A DNA stretch of 61,057 nucleotides, the filler included. It is 9 parts of 9 records of this genome, joined end to end, with 100 filler letters (N's around TTAATTAATTAA, not from the genome) between each part and the next. Parts side by side here need not be neighbours in the genome. Positions count along the whole stretch, not along the records: positions 1 to 8,093 come from SRR31147125_64681; positions 8,194 to 16,200 come from SRR31147125_64734; 7 more parts are not named here. One strand, given 5' to 3'. Positions within the stretch are counted from its first letter, which is position 1. Each line of letters begins with the position of its first letter. The notes beneath the pieces are model-generated. The model saw nothing but the letters and a program-made list of their open reading frames with translations, made no database searches and was not told where the DNA came from. This document shows positions 1-11,100 of the stretch, in pieces. A program made the position numbers and the translations under genes.

Positions 1-292
1 TTTTTTTGGGTAATTTTGACAGTTTTAATTCAGGAACTTTAAGTTCAAAACCGGTTTCCTTTATGAAAAGGAAATTCAGAACAACCGCTTTTTTACTTTG
101 TTCCTGAACAGATTGAGGGGTTCGTTGCAGGTTTGGCAACGTCAGTTCCAGTACAGCAATTCGAACGAAAACAGCAGTCAAAAGTAAAAACGGAACAAGA
201 ATTAAAAAAACATTCATAACAGCTGTAAGACTTAATTCTGCGTCAACTTCACGTTTTCCTCTTCTTCTGCCCATGGATTCTTTAATATTCAT
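1..292 (-). CDS. exbD: ExbD/TolR-family stator subunit (AglQ/AglS-like), 3' end truncated by window edge
   Basis: Not in the ORF track. Manual translation from ATG 292: MNIKESMGRRRGKREVDAELSLTAVMNVFLILVPFLLLTAVFVRIAVLELTLP, i.e. basic N-terminus, single TM and the ExbD 'LELTLP' motif. Directly follows the ExbB-like gene. Confidence 0.88.
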   Translation of the reverse strand, partial: MNIKESMGRRRGKREVDAELSLTAVMNVFLILVPFLLLTAVFVRIAVLELTLPNLQRTPQSVQEQSKKAVVLNFLFIKETGFELKVPELKLSKLPKK

Positions 293-295
293 ATA

Positions 296-913
296 TTACC
301 TCGAGGATGTCATCTGCCGATAAAGTCTAGCTGCATTTTCATTTATTTCATCAACCAATTCATTTGTTTTTTCAACAAGATAGCTATAACCCACGAGGCA
401 GGGAATAGCTGCAATAATCCCGAAAGCGGTTGTGTTCATTGCGAGTGAAATTCCGGCTGTTAGCAGGGTTGCTTTATCAGCAGCATCGGCATGTGCCACA
501 GAAGAAAAGGCACCAATAAGCCCCAAAATGGTTCCAAGCAGTCCTAACAACGTGGCAACATTTGCAATCATTGACAGATAAGGAGTTCGTTTTTCAAGTT
601 TGGGAATTTCTGACATGGCTGCCAATTCCATGGCATTTTGAATGTCAGATGCGGATTTGTCATGTTCTTCCAATCCGGCTTTGGTTATTTTGGGAAGAGC
701 TGCGTTGGACATACTGCAATATTCCATCGCTTTGTTAACATTTCCCTTTTTAATAAATTCAATGATATTGTTGACAAACGTCTCCGTATCAATTCTACTT
801 TTAAAACGCACATATATAATTCGTTCTATTATTATGACAATGCCAAGTATGAGTGCAAAAAGAATAACGTACATGACAGGACCGCCACTGGCAAAAAATT
901 TAATAATGCCCAA
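296..913 (-). CDS. MotA/TolQ/ExbB proton channel protein (AglR-like)
   Basis: GGPVMY N-terminal TM, 'ANVATLLGLLGTILGLI' and 'AGISLAMNTTAFGIIAAIP' family motifs; AGGAGG RBS before a TTG start. Confidence 0.95.
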   Translation of the reverse strand: MGIIKFFASGGPVMYVILFALILGIVIIIERIIYVRFKSRIDTETFVNNIIEFIKKGNVNKAMEYCSMSNAALPKITKAGLEEHDKSASDIQNAMELAAMSEIPKLEKRTPYLSMIANVATLLGLLGTILGLIGAFSSVAHADAADKATLLTAGISLAMNTTAFGIIAAIPCLVGYSYLVEKTNELVDEINENAARLYRQMTSSR

Positions 914-953
914 TTCAAACCTCCTAAAAGTTATAATACATAAAAATGACAGG

Positions 954-990
954 AAAAAGGGAGGCGTAAAGAACGAATGAATGCCTCCCC
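954..990 (-). terminator. Intra-operon intrinsic terminator-like hairpin
   Basis: Minus strand GGGAGGCA...CGCCTCCC followed by TTTTT, between the GltF-like gene and the ExbB-like gene. Confidence 0.6.
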
Positions 991-1009
991 ACTATGTTAA
1001 CTTGTTATA

Positions 1010-1375
1010 TTACCAGGGAATATAATCTTTGCGATTTTTCTTTGATTCCTTGTGTTCTTTTGAAACGGCGCGTCCTTTTTTTTCAACTGTGCGAAAAATA
1101 TCGCTAAAAAAGGAGCGTTCAATTCGGATATCGTCTATTTCCGGACTTTTACCCGGGATAATAAAAACTGCTTGTGGCTTTTCCAACTGACCGGTTACTT
1201 CAATTTTGTCCAGGAATAGTCTGATTGCGTTTTCATCAACCGGCGGAGTTTGTTCGACCTGATTTTGGGTTGAATCTGATACAGTGGATTTTGTTTCTTC
1301 CTGAGAAAACAGAGGTACAGCTATTATAAAAAGAGCACAAACTGATACACGAATAATATTGTTAAAGGCAATCAT
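1010..1375 (-). CDS. Small exported protein, GltF/CglF-like
   Basis: Signal peptide, then 'IEVTGQLEKPQAVFIIP...ERSFFSDI', which resembles the CglF/GltF motif. Overlaps the upstream TPR gene by ATGA. Confidence 0.65.
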   Translation of the reverse strand: MIAFNNIIRVSVCALFIIAVPLFSQEETKSTVSDSTQNQVEQTPPVDENAIRLFLDKIEVTGQLEKPQAVFIIPGKSPEIDDIRIERSFFSDIFRTVEKKGRAVSKEHKESKKNRKDYIPW

Positions 1376-4317
1376 GAAGCGGATGTCCTTTCCTCGGTTG
1401 TCATCTCTGGTGTTTCTTTTGATGTTTCATTATTAAGCCTAAGTTCTATTACCAGTTTTTCATATCTTTTTTTACTTTCCGAAACCCAAATGTTATCGAT
1501 ATTATTTGATTCTGCTTGCTCGATGTTTCGCCTGTAGGCTTCCAAAGCTTGTTCTTTATAAGGTTTCGCCGTCTTTGCCAAATTATTACGATATAGTTGA
1601 GTTTGATCCTTGTCAAAGCCGGAAGGTATGGGTGCCTCCATAAAAGACCTGACCAGTTCTTCAAAAGTGCTTCCAATACGATAAGAAGCGGCTGTAGCCC
1701 AGTCAGCAACCTGATAAGCTAACGTATTTTTATACGCACTCAATACTTTATTAAAATTTGTTATTTTCTTTTTCAGATTTGGCTTAAAAGGAGGTTCCAA
1801 TTCCAGTTTTTTATAGTCTTCAAAATAAATTTCGCCAATCATAAATTGAGCTTGAGCAACAAAATAAAAGTCAACTGAAAGCCCATTTTTTTGGTAATTC
1901 TCAAAAGATGCAATTGTGTTATGGAAGGAATTAATGGCTTCAGCTGGATTGCCAGATTTTAGAGCCATTTCGCCACATTTGAACTGACATTCAATGATTT
2001 CATCCGGATCATTCGGTTTTTTGTCGAGATACTGGATATAAATACTTTTGGCTGAAAACCAGTCTTCTATCGTTTCATAACAGATGGCTGCATTTTTCAA
2101 AGAGCGCAGTGCGTGTTTAGAATCAGAAAAATTGGTTGCCAGGTTGATGTAATCCGCAGCAGCTAAATTCCATTCCTGATTATTTTCGCGTATTCCTGCA
2201 GCTTTATAAAGAGCCTCATCAGCCAGCTCAGAGGTCGGATCTACTTTTGCCAGTTCTTCTAATGCGAGTGCGGCAGCGACCAGTTCATTTGATTTTTGGT
2301 ACTGGACAGCAGCTTCAAAAAGAGCCCGGCTGCGAAAATTTGGATCGTTTGTTTTATGTGCTATCGAAGCAAGGAGTGAGGCCGCTTCTTCCGGTTTCTC
2401 CTGGCTGCTTAAATTTTCGGCAATTTTGAACTGAGAGGAAATAGCTAATTTTTTTGCTTTACCAAGATATTTTGTAGAGTCCGGGAAATTATCCACAATC
2501 GTGGTGAACCACACTTCAGCCTGGTCATAATAGCCCCCATCATAAAAACTTTGAGCTGTATTCATCGCAGCCAGTAAATGATAGGGCTTGTCTGTGCCTA
2601 ATTCGACGACTTTTTTATAAGCTTTGACAGCAGAAAGATAAGCATCTAATTCATGCAAGGTTTCGCCGTATTTTAACAGAACCTGATCCAGCCATTTACT
2701 GTCCGGGAACATGAGGATAAAATCATTACAAGCTCTTAATAAATCAATTTCGGTTTGATGGGTGACGGCAAGAGTCAGTATCTCACCGGTTCCCAAAAAT
2801 TCATCGATGTAGATCGTTACACTATCAATGGATTGATCCACTCCCATAAGTTGATAATAGCATAGGACGCGGTTATAGGCGGCGTCTTCACTATATTCAG
2901 TGGAATCATATTTGGTAACGACATCAAAATAAGTGGATGCCGCGTTGTCAAAATCTGAATTGCCGTAATAACATTCTGCGAGATAAAAATTAATTTTCGG
3001 AGCTTCTGTTGTTCTTGGGAATTTATCAAGGAATTCCTGATATTTGGAAATAGCCAGCTGATAGTCTCGTGCGCGGTTCGACTTTTGTGCTTCTGCTTGA
3101 TAAAAATTACCAAGGTAGGTCAGAGATTCTTTAGCAAGTGAGATGGCGGTTTCATAAAGTTCTCCGTCTGAATATTTCCTGAGCCAATCGCTGCCAGGTC
3201 CAAATTTTTTGACAATTTCTTCGCGAGCTTTGTTCGCGTCATCGATACGATCGTCAAGTTCATAGTTTTCAACTATAAATTTATAGATATTCGGGCCGTC
3301 TTTATAGAATGGATATATATCCAATAAAGCTTCATAGGTAGAAATTGCTTCCGGGTAATAGTTACGTTTTTGGTACAGCGACCCCATCTGTAATAAAATA
3401 GGTAACGTATAGTCTTTTTCTTTTCTCTCCTGAAGGAACGGTTTGGCATCGTTAGGGCTGCCAAATTCGGTAAAGCACGTTGCTATGTATTGAATGGCCT
3501 CGCTACCCAAGTCTGCCTTTGATTTTCCAAAAGTGACGGAATTCGATTTTTCTACCAGGCTCAAATCTTCGAGAAGATAGATAAAGGAGCTAATGGCATT
3601 GGTATAGTCATTTAATTTGTAATAGGACCAGCCCAGCTTGTAAAGAGCCATATCAAAATAGGGATTATCCCATTTTCCAAGCAAAAAGCTGTACTGAGTG
3701 ACAGCATTTTTAAATTCTCGTTTCTCAAAATAGAATTCACCAATTCGAAAATGAGATTCCAGATTTATATTTGATTGGGGATATTCCTGGATTATTTTTT
3801 CAAAAAACTCTTTGGCTTTACTTCGATTACCTTCCTGAAGATGAGCCATAGCTAATTTATAAAAAATTTTATCCTTGAAATCAATATTGGGGTATTCATC
3901 GAGCAATGCGTAAAGGTAATATACTGTTTGGCCAAAATGAAGCTGGGGTAATACGGGTTCCTGTGACAGTTCACCATCATCATATTTTTGCAGCGCTGCT
4001 TCATATTCGGTCATTTCCTGACTGAAATTGAGGTTCGATTTCTGTTCAAAAAGTTCGGCAAGTTGAAACATAATAGTGGGTGAAAAGGCACTATGAGGAT
4101 GTTTCATTAATAGTGATTCGTGTTCGTTGATGATTTTTTCAAGTTTATCCAGATCTCCGCCAGCATCTTTCACAACAGCAGAAACAAAGGAGCTCTCCTG
4201 TGCCTGGATCGGTGAAATTATTATCACCTGGCAAAAGTAGAGCGAAAGAAGGATAAATAGATTGGCCTTCATCGAGTAAAAATGTGTGCTGATAATTGAT
4301 ATTTTTGACTTGTACAT
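1372..4317 (-). CDS. Large exported tetratricopeptide-repeat protein (GltD/AgmU-like)
   Basis: 981 aa, signal peptide, many TPRs (e.g. DMALYKLGWSYY), C-terminal 'WATAASYRIG...PIPSGF...Y' segment typical of GltD-like proteins. Confidence 0.8.
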   Translation of the reverse strand: MYKSKISIISTHFYSMKANLFILLSLYFCQVIIISPIQAQESSFVSAVVKDAGGDLDKLEKIINEHESLLMKHPHSAFSPTIMFQLAELFEQKSNLNFSQEMTEYEAALQKYDDGELSQEPVLPQLHFGQTVYYLYALLDEYPNIDFKDKIFYKLAMAHLQEGNRSKAKEFFEKIIQEYPQSNINLESHFRIGEFYFEKREFKNAVTQYSFLLGKWDNPYFDMALYKLGWSYYKLNDYTNAISSFIYLLEDLSLVEKSNSVTFGKSKADLGSEAIQYIATCFTEFGSPNDAKPFLQERKEKDYTLPILLQMGSLYQKRNYYPEAISTYEALLDIYPFYKDGPNIYKFIVENYELDDRIDDANKAREEIVKKFGPGSDWLRKYSDGELYETAISLAKESLTYLGNFYQAEAQKSNRARDYQLAISKYQEFLDKFPRTTEAPKINFYLAECYYGNSDFDNAASTYFDVVTKYDSTEYSEDAAYNRVLCYYQLMGVDQSIDSVTIYIDEFLGTGEILTLAVTHQTEIDLLRACNDFILMFPDSKWLDQVLLKYGETLHELDAYLSAVKAYKKVVELGTDKPYHLLAAMNTAQSFYDGGYYDQAEVWFTTIVDNFPDSTKYLGKAKKLAISSQFKIAENLSSQEKPEEAASLLASIAHKTNDPNFRSRALFEAAVQYQKSNELVAAALALEELAKVDPTSELADEALYKAAGIRENNQEWNLAAADYINLATNFSDSKHALRSLKNAAICYETIEDWFSAKSIYIQYLDKKPNDPDEIIECQFKCGEMALKSGNPAEAINSFHNTIASFENYQKNGLSVDFYFVAQAQFMIGEIYFEDYKKLELEPPFKPNLKKKITNFNKVLSAYKNTLAYQVADWATAASYRIGSTFEELVRSFMEAPIPSGFDKDQTQLYRNNLAKTAKPYKEQALEAYRRNIEQAESNNIDNIWVSESKKRYEKLVIELRLNNETSKETPEMTTEERTSAS

Positions 4318-4335
4318 GTAACTCGAACCTGTTTC

Positions 4336-5717
4336 CTACTTTGTTCTTTGTAAAAATAATGCGCGAGATTTTCCATATTCCGCAAATGCCCGCCAATCGC
4401 GACGATTTTCTTTTAAAAGAATGGAACTTTTTAAACTATTAATCTGATTCGAAAGCAATTCAAAGACGTGTCTTTCTTCCTTGATCCGTTCCAACATTCC
4501 ACCCCGTGTGTCCGAAATTTTTAATTTTTCGCGTTGGATATAATCCGGTAGATTTTCTTCCATGTCAAGTGGTAATGTGTCCAGTAAACGTGTTTCAAGA
4601 ACCAAAAGATCCATTTTGATTTTTTCAATTTTTATACTTTCCTGAGCCAGGCTTAGATTGACCTGCTTTGATAACCTTGGTATCACCTCACGTTCAGGAA
4701 AAACGTCAATGAGGTGTTCATAAACTGTGAGCGCCTCTTCATATTTCTCAAGTTTGAGATAACATCGTCCCAGTAGAAAAAAGCTTCTTCGTTATTACCG
4801 TTTTCCGGATATTCAGAAATGAGTGTTGTTAATGGGACGATTGCTTCATCAAAACTGTCCAATTTGGCAGCAGCCCAACCGGCAGCAAGAAGCGCATCTG
4901 TATATTTGCCATGATCATCTGATACGGCACGAAATTGATGCAGGGCATTTTTATAATAACCCAGTTCATAATAGATATAACCAAGTGTTAAATAGGCTTC
5001 ATCTATCACGGCACGTCTGTCGTCACTGGTTACGGTCAGGTGTGTCACCTTTCGAAAGGTTTTAATAGACCGTCTTACTTTTCTCATACGTAAATAGGAT
5101 AATCCAATACTATAGAGCGCGTGATCATAATAAGGACAACTCGCATCTATTTGCGAAAAGATTTTAATAGCTTCCGGATGGTTTTTAATTTTGGAGTAGC
5201 TGAGACCTGCATAGTATCTTGAGACGTCCAGAATAGCTCTTTCCGGAGAAGAACGAAAGATAGCTTTGTAAAATTCGATACAACGAGGAAAATCCCCACT
5301 TACATATTCAATACGCTGTAATCCCAAAAGGGCCTGAGGGAGAAAAGGACTTGTAATAAATTTTTTGACAAGATACTTGTAAAGCTTAGAAGCCCCTTCA
5401 TAAAGACCTATCTCGAACAGACATTCTCCCAGGTTAAAAACAACCTTGTCAGCCTGGGAAAAGTTCGGATGAAAGTCCATTAAAATGATTAAATCTCTGG
5501 CACTTTCCCAATAATTTTCCTGATTAAAATGTTTTTTTGCTTCAGAAAAGAGTTTGGAGGATGCTTTTTCCAGGTCTTCATCCATCTGTTTCTGTATGCG
5601 ATTAACTTTATCGGGATTTGGGGAAGTAGGTGCAGAGAATACAAAGGGAGCAGTTACAAAAATAAAACCCAGGAAAATTATATGCCATTGAGTAATTTTG
5701 AAATATGTTTTGATCAT
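4336..5717 (-). CDS. Exported TPR protein, one gene split by a homopolymer frameshift
   Basis: ORFs 4683..5717 and 4336..4686 join if the A6 run at 4777-4782 is A7, giving EEAFFLLGRCYLKLEKYEEAL, an intact TPR. Confidence 0.8.
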
Positions 5718-5960
5718 ACTTTGCTTAATAAGATTAAAAAAAGACTACTATAATTAAAATCCCGGTTGTGAACATAAGATCATGTCAATCGCCAATCTCG
5801 TTATTCGTAAATACAAAAATGTATTATATGGTACAATTGTTTCAACATGAAATACAATTTTATTGTATCAATTTGTGCAGGGACTTTTTGCCAACTATAG
5901 ATATTTCTAACAGTTACAAGAAATGATTTGTACAGTACAAAGATAAACTACATATAAATT

Positions 5961-5975
5961 GCAATAAATATGCCA
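5961..5975 (-). promoter_or_regulatory. sigma54 -24/-12 promoter
   Basis: Minus strand TGGCAT-ATTTA-TTGC matches TGGCAY-N5-TTGC; intergenic and oriented toward the TPR-ExbBD operon. Confidence 0.7.
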
Positions 5976-6047
5976 TTATAAGATTGTATACCAAAAGGGT
6001 AGATACTCGAAAAAATTGTGCTCCCTGCTCATCGGGACGGCAAAAAA

Positions 6048-7094
6048 TTAATACGTTTCTTCCTTTCTTTTTTCTTTTTCCAGGTTCTTCTTAAGCTCTT
6101 CCAGGTCTTTAGATACTTTTTCTCTTTTTTGTCGAATCGAATTTAATTTTTCTTTTTCTTCTTGTTTTTGTTGCCGTGCCAATTTTTCCTGTGGTGTTAA
6201 ATGTTTGAATAATGTAGTTCTATAGGTGGCACCCAAAGTGATTTTCCAATCGGCATAATCTTTGATGAATTCATTTGCTATGATTCTGGCATCATTCGAA
6301 GCTCCCCCTAATTCAAAATCAGCAGCTAAATCAAATACGAGACTTCCGGGTCCCAGGAAACGTATCCCTTGAGTGAAACGAATCAAATTTTCACTAAAAG
6401 AAACTTCATCCGTATTGTTTATAAATATTTCGCCGGTTAATTCTGAATATAAAATGGAAGAGCGAACGGGAAATTTGAGGCCAAATCCACCAACAAGCTG
6501 ATCTTTTTTCTCTTCAAAAAATCGATCACTCATATCATGGTCGCGATAACCAATATTGAATGAAAATTTAAGAGGTATTGCGGCTGATGTATTTTTCATA
6601 TCCAGATTAGCAACACCTAACAGAGTCCAGCCGGTTCCATCCGAACTATAAGGCTCGAATTGAACGTTATGATTTATAGCAGTTGGAAAACTAAAGAGTC
6701 CAACCAGAGAATATTGAAAGGCCGAACCATTTCTGGGAACCTGATATTTTAATCCGATATCTGTATCTCCTATTGGGCCCCAGATATGATCCTGATCGTC
6801 CTGATAGGGAACGGTGTGAAGAAATATCTCAAATTTATTTGAAAGACCAAGAGTGAAACTCAGATTTAAAGAATGGTCTTCGGAAAATTTAGAGTCTTCT
6901 TCCTGCCCGTAAAAGGAATAAAATGGATTTATATACAATAATCCAGGGTAAACAGTTTCTGCATCGTAAATTCTGAGTAATCCTTTACTACCTCCAACAG
7001 TTACCTGAGCCTTTAGAGTGGAGAAAGCAACCAGATTGAATAGAACCAGCAATATAAGTAATTTGGTTTTCAAAATAATGCCCCTTTTTTGCAC
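6048..7094 (-). CDS. Probable outer-membrane beta-barrel protein with C-terminal charged coiled coil
   Basis: Signal peptide, alternating beta-strand pattern with aromatics (GDTDIGLKY, WKITLGATY), then a K/E-rich helix of about 50 aa. Confidence 0.6.
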   Translation of the reverse strand: MQKRGIILKTKLLILLVLFNLVAFSTLKAQVTVGGSKGLLRIYDAETVYPGLLYINPFYSFYGQEEDSKFSEDHSLNLSFTLGLSNKFEIFLHTVPYQDDQDHIWGPIGDTDIGLKYQVPRNGSAFQYSLVGLFSFPTAINHNVQFEPYSSDGTGWTLLGVANLDMKNTSAAIPLKFSFNIGYRDHDMSDRFFEEKKDQLVGGFGLKFPVRSSILYSELTGEIFINNTDEVSFSENLIRFTQGIRFLGPGSLVFDLAADFELGGASNDARIIANEFIKDYADWKITLGATYRTTLFKHLTPQEKLARQQKQEEKEKLNSIRQKREKVSKDLEELKKNLEKEKRKEETY

Positions 7095-7372
7095 CGTATT
7101 GTTGAGAACAATGATGAATTAATAATGTCAGTTGAGGAACCGCCCTGCCAAAACACCTACCACACAATGAAGTTATCTACAGGAAAGACAAAGGCCAGTT
7201 AAACAAAAATATTTAAAAAAACCTTAGATTTAATTTACTAGATTAACTGCTAAATTGCAATAAATTTTTTACACTCCAGGAATCGAAATGATACTTTTAT
7301 GTGACAATGGATTGTCATAAAGGAAAGTTGTTAGTAAAGTATAAACACATCAGAGAATTTGCAGAAAAATAA

Positions 7373-8093
7373 TTACACCATACCTTTTCTTTTTCGAATA
7401 AACCATTCTACCGATAACAGAAATATCAGGATAATAAGGATTTTTTCATTATTCCAAAGTCTGGTTTCATTGGACAACTGTTCTTTTTGAATTTGTCCAT
7501 TAATCGTTTCTGAAATGAGTGACAGAGAGTCAGGCGTAATAAATTTTCCATTGCTCAGGTGCGCCAGTCTCATTAAAGTTGCTTTTTGCATTGAGGTATG
7601 TGTTAATTCTTTGGAGTATTGGCCGACAGAGATGAGGGTTGTATCCTGCCCAATCGTTTTTTTGTTTGATTCAGCAGAAACATAAATATGATAATCACCT
7701 GGTTCAGTCGGGAAAAATGGGTGAAAATATTTCCCGTCACCGTGATTTTCAGCTAAAAATTGGTGGTTATTGTTTTTATTTTTATGGCTTATGTTGATTT
7801 TCACGTTTGCATCATTCATTGGTAGATATTTTTCATCATAAACCTGGATCTGTATTTTTATAGCGTCACCAATGTGATATTTTTGTTTGTCGGTTTTTAT
7901 GCGTACAAGTTCATCTTGTTTAGAGCTTTGTAACCATCTAATGATATTATTAACGAATTGCCCGTAAAAATTTTCCGAATCACCAATTCCGGCCATGATG
8001 AGATCCCATCGCCACAGATCGCTGGCTATAATGGCCGCTGATTTGTTTAGGTCATCTGCTCTGATGACAATCATCGGATCTTGCCCGTTTTTT
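7373..8093 (-). CDS. C-terminal part of a membrane-anchored VWA/GATase-like domain protein (5' truncated)
   Basis: 'DLWRW...FYGQFVNNIIRWL', Ig-like segment and C-terminal TM 'LLSVEWFIRKRKGM'. Confidence 0.65.
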
Positions 8094-8193
8094 NNNNNNN
8101 NNNNNNNNNNNNNNNNNNNNNNNNNNNNNNNNNNNNNTTAATTAATTAANNNNNNNNNNNNNNNNNNNNNNNNNNNNNNNNNNNNNNNNNNNN
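8094..8193. other. Artificial contig spacer
   Basis: N44-TTAATTAATTAA-N44, stops in all six frames. Confidence 0.99.
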
Positions 8194-11100
8194 CCATCCA
8201 GGTAAAATGGGAGGGGCTGTAGAGCATGCCGGTGTCGGGATCGCTCTTGACTCCGGTGGGGGTGCCCTTTGTCAAGGCGTTGCCCATACTTAAAAGGATC
8301 TCCTTCAAGGATCGGTTTCCGGCTTTTTCTTCCAATACATCGACACTGCCGCGTTTCTCCACAAGATCCTTGCAACAGGCAAAGAACCAGAGCGGCGCGT
8401 CCGACGTTTCGATGTTTCGGGCATCTTCGCCGCAGATCATGTTGGGTAGAGTGCCTTGTCGTTCAAAGCGGCCGAATGTTTTGAGAATGGCCAGGGCCTC
8501 ATCCCACCGTTCCAATTGGATCAGGCTCCGGCAGAAAATGAGACTGTCTCTGCCCCAGTCCAGGAACCAGGGAAAACCGGCGATGACGCTTTTGCCGTCG
8601 TCTCGATTCACGATAAAGGCATCCAGGCTTCGGTAAAGGGCTTTGGCCAAGTCGGTTTCCCATCGAAATCGTACCGGGCCGGGCAGGGTCAGCGTGTCGG
8701 GCGGGGGAGCCGGTGGCCGGCTTGAATCACTCACTGTGCCGGTGAGCCGGGTGTTTTCCCCGCCCCTGAGCGATGTGGTAAAATATCCGGGGCTGAAGAG
8801 GTCGGATTCCGCATCCAGGCCCCGCTCCGCCTCGAGGGGGTGATAGACCTGATATTGCCACTCCGGCCGATGGACAAATTGCCCCAGGGGCATGGTCAGG
8901 TCGAGCCGATGGGTGTCGGAGAGGGAAAATGAAACGCCCGTGTTGTCCGGTGCCACCGAAATCGCTTGGGGCCAGTGAGTTTCAGGCCCGGTAAACGCTT
9001 TGACGGTTTGGTGGAATGGTCTGTTTTCCAGATCCGGCCTCAAAATCAACGTAATGGGAATGTCATCCTTAAGCAAACCGGGATTCCCCTTGGGAGTCCG
9101 GTTTCGATGGACGGACAGGCTCACCCGGTTGCAGTGTCGATCCAAGGTCAGATAGAGATCCAGAATATAGGCGTTTCCCTCCGAGGTGGGCACAAAGAAC
9201 CGCCATGTTCCCCCGTGACCGTAAGGAGAAGCGGAAGCTCGCAAGGCAGTCTCCGCCCAAAGTTCTGGAATATCCCTGGAACATCCCCCAGGCCCGGCAT
9301 CCGGCCCAGACCATGCGCCGATCTTCCGGGTAGTGTGGATTCAGGTTGGCTCCGAGCAGACCGTCGTACCGGCTGTCCAGCTTTCCGAAATCTGCTGCAG
9401 CCCGCATCATGCCGCCGGTTCGGGTGGTGGACAGCAGTTTTAAATCGGGGATGCGGCGCATTTCGTTTCGGGTCAGGATCGATCCCATGGTCAGCTGTTC
9501 AATGGGGGCCAATCCCAGGATGCCACCCGATTCCACCCGCGTCCCTTCCGGCTCGAAGATCCTCAAATTCAGCTGCAGGTCTCTGTGGTTTTTTCCGGGG
9601 GTGAGAGGGGAAAATAGGGCAAAAAAATGGGTGCCGTCCGGGGCTGGAATTCCTTCTTGGGATTCCAAACATCGGGGGCTTGAGGGGCGAGTCCATGATG
9701 CAGGCTCTGAATCGAAATTTTGCCCGGATCAATAGGAAAAATCCCGGAGGGATCATGACCTGTCGGCGGAGGTCTTCGGGGATATCATAGGGGATCACTC
9801 CGGATTCGTCCGTTTCCGAATCCAATGCTCTGATATATTCAATCGGATCCCCGGCAAAAGCCGACGCTTCCTTTTCCATATTCATTTGAAGGGGAGCCCC
9901 TTTATTCATCGATTCAAGATGACCGAATCCCCGGATAGCGGTCAAAACGGTCAGCAGGCCGGCCTTGTATTTTTGCATGAGCACTTGATCCGGAGCCCGC
10001 CGTTCACCGGATCGATCCTTTTTCAGAAACACCAGATCATCCCCATGGGGACTGGCGGCCAACACTTCTCCCGGAGCCAGAATCAGAGTGCACAGCGCCC
10101 CTTGATTTTTGGTTTCGATCTTTTTTCCGGAGACCAGATCATGCCATTGGGGATACGGCAGGATATGGTGATGCCAGGTGATTTCCCGGGTGGATTCCCA
10201 ATCTAAATTGGCAAGGATATAGAGTGTTTTTTTCTTCACCGGATTGTAACGGTGAAGCACCAGGCCGTGGGGATTGTCCTGATCCACCAGGTTGAGCCGG
10301 CAAGGGGCGAAAAAACAGGGATGGGTTTTCAGGATTCGGTTGAGCCGGGAGATGTGTTCCACTTGGTTTTCCCTGCTTCCCCAATTTAGGGAATGGGCAT
10401 CGTGAACATTGATCTTTTCCGTGGCAAACCACTCCACGCCGTTGGTAAAACCGAATCCGCCGCAGACTGAAAAGAGCGCGGATATGGCGGTTCTCATTTT
10501 CGCATAGGTCGGTGAAACGGCAGCCAGGCGGTTGTTGTCGTGGGTTTCTGCAAAATGGATCAAATGGCCGCAGGTTTGGGAGATCTTCCAGGCCCGGGGC
10601 AGGTAGGTGGCCAATTCCTCTTTGGTATAGGTCTGGAACAGTTCGGAATAGGCCCAGTTGAAGTTGGCCCGGGTTAGAATGTCGCAGGTGGTCTCCACGG
10701 CACCGCCCAGCCCTTCGAGAAAGAACAGGGTGTTGGGAAATTGTTCTCTGACCTTGGCCACCATGTATTCCCATGCCTCCACCGGAATCATATATCCGGC
10801 ATCGCATCGAAATCCGTCCACGCCTCTTCGGCACCAGAGAAGAAAGATGTCGGCCATGTATTTCCAGAGATCTTTATTGGAGTAGTCCAGTTTGGTCAAG
10901 TCTTCCCAGACAACCCCCCAGGCACCGGGGGCCTCGATGTTTCCTTCGGCATCTCTGACCAGCCACTCCGGATGGGTTTCATGGATGGCTGCGGCCCAGC
11001 CCGTGTGGTTGATGGCAATATCCATGAAGAGGTACCCACCGTAAAAATGGACCATATCCACCAGTTCCATGAACTGCTCCAGGGGCGTGGCTTTGGGGTC

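Noticed and set aside
7095-7372. Possible riboswitch or ncRNA upstream of the beta-barrel gene
   Set aside because: Short GC-rich patches but no conserved aptamer motif that I can recognise; an Rfam scan would be needed.
8138-8149. TTAATTAATTAA repeated eight times as a biological repeat
   Set aside because: Always centred in 88 Ns at junctions between unrelated sequences; it is an artificial six-frame-stop linker.
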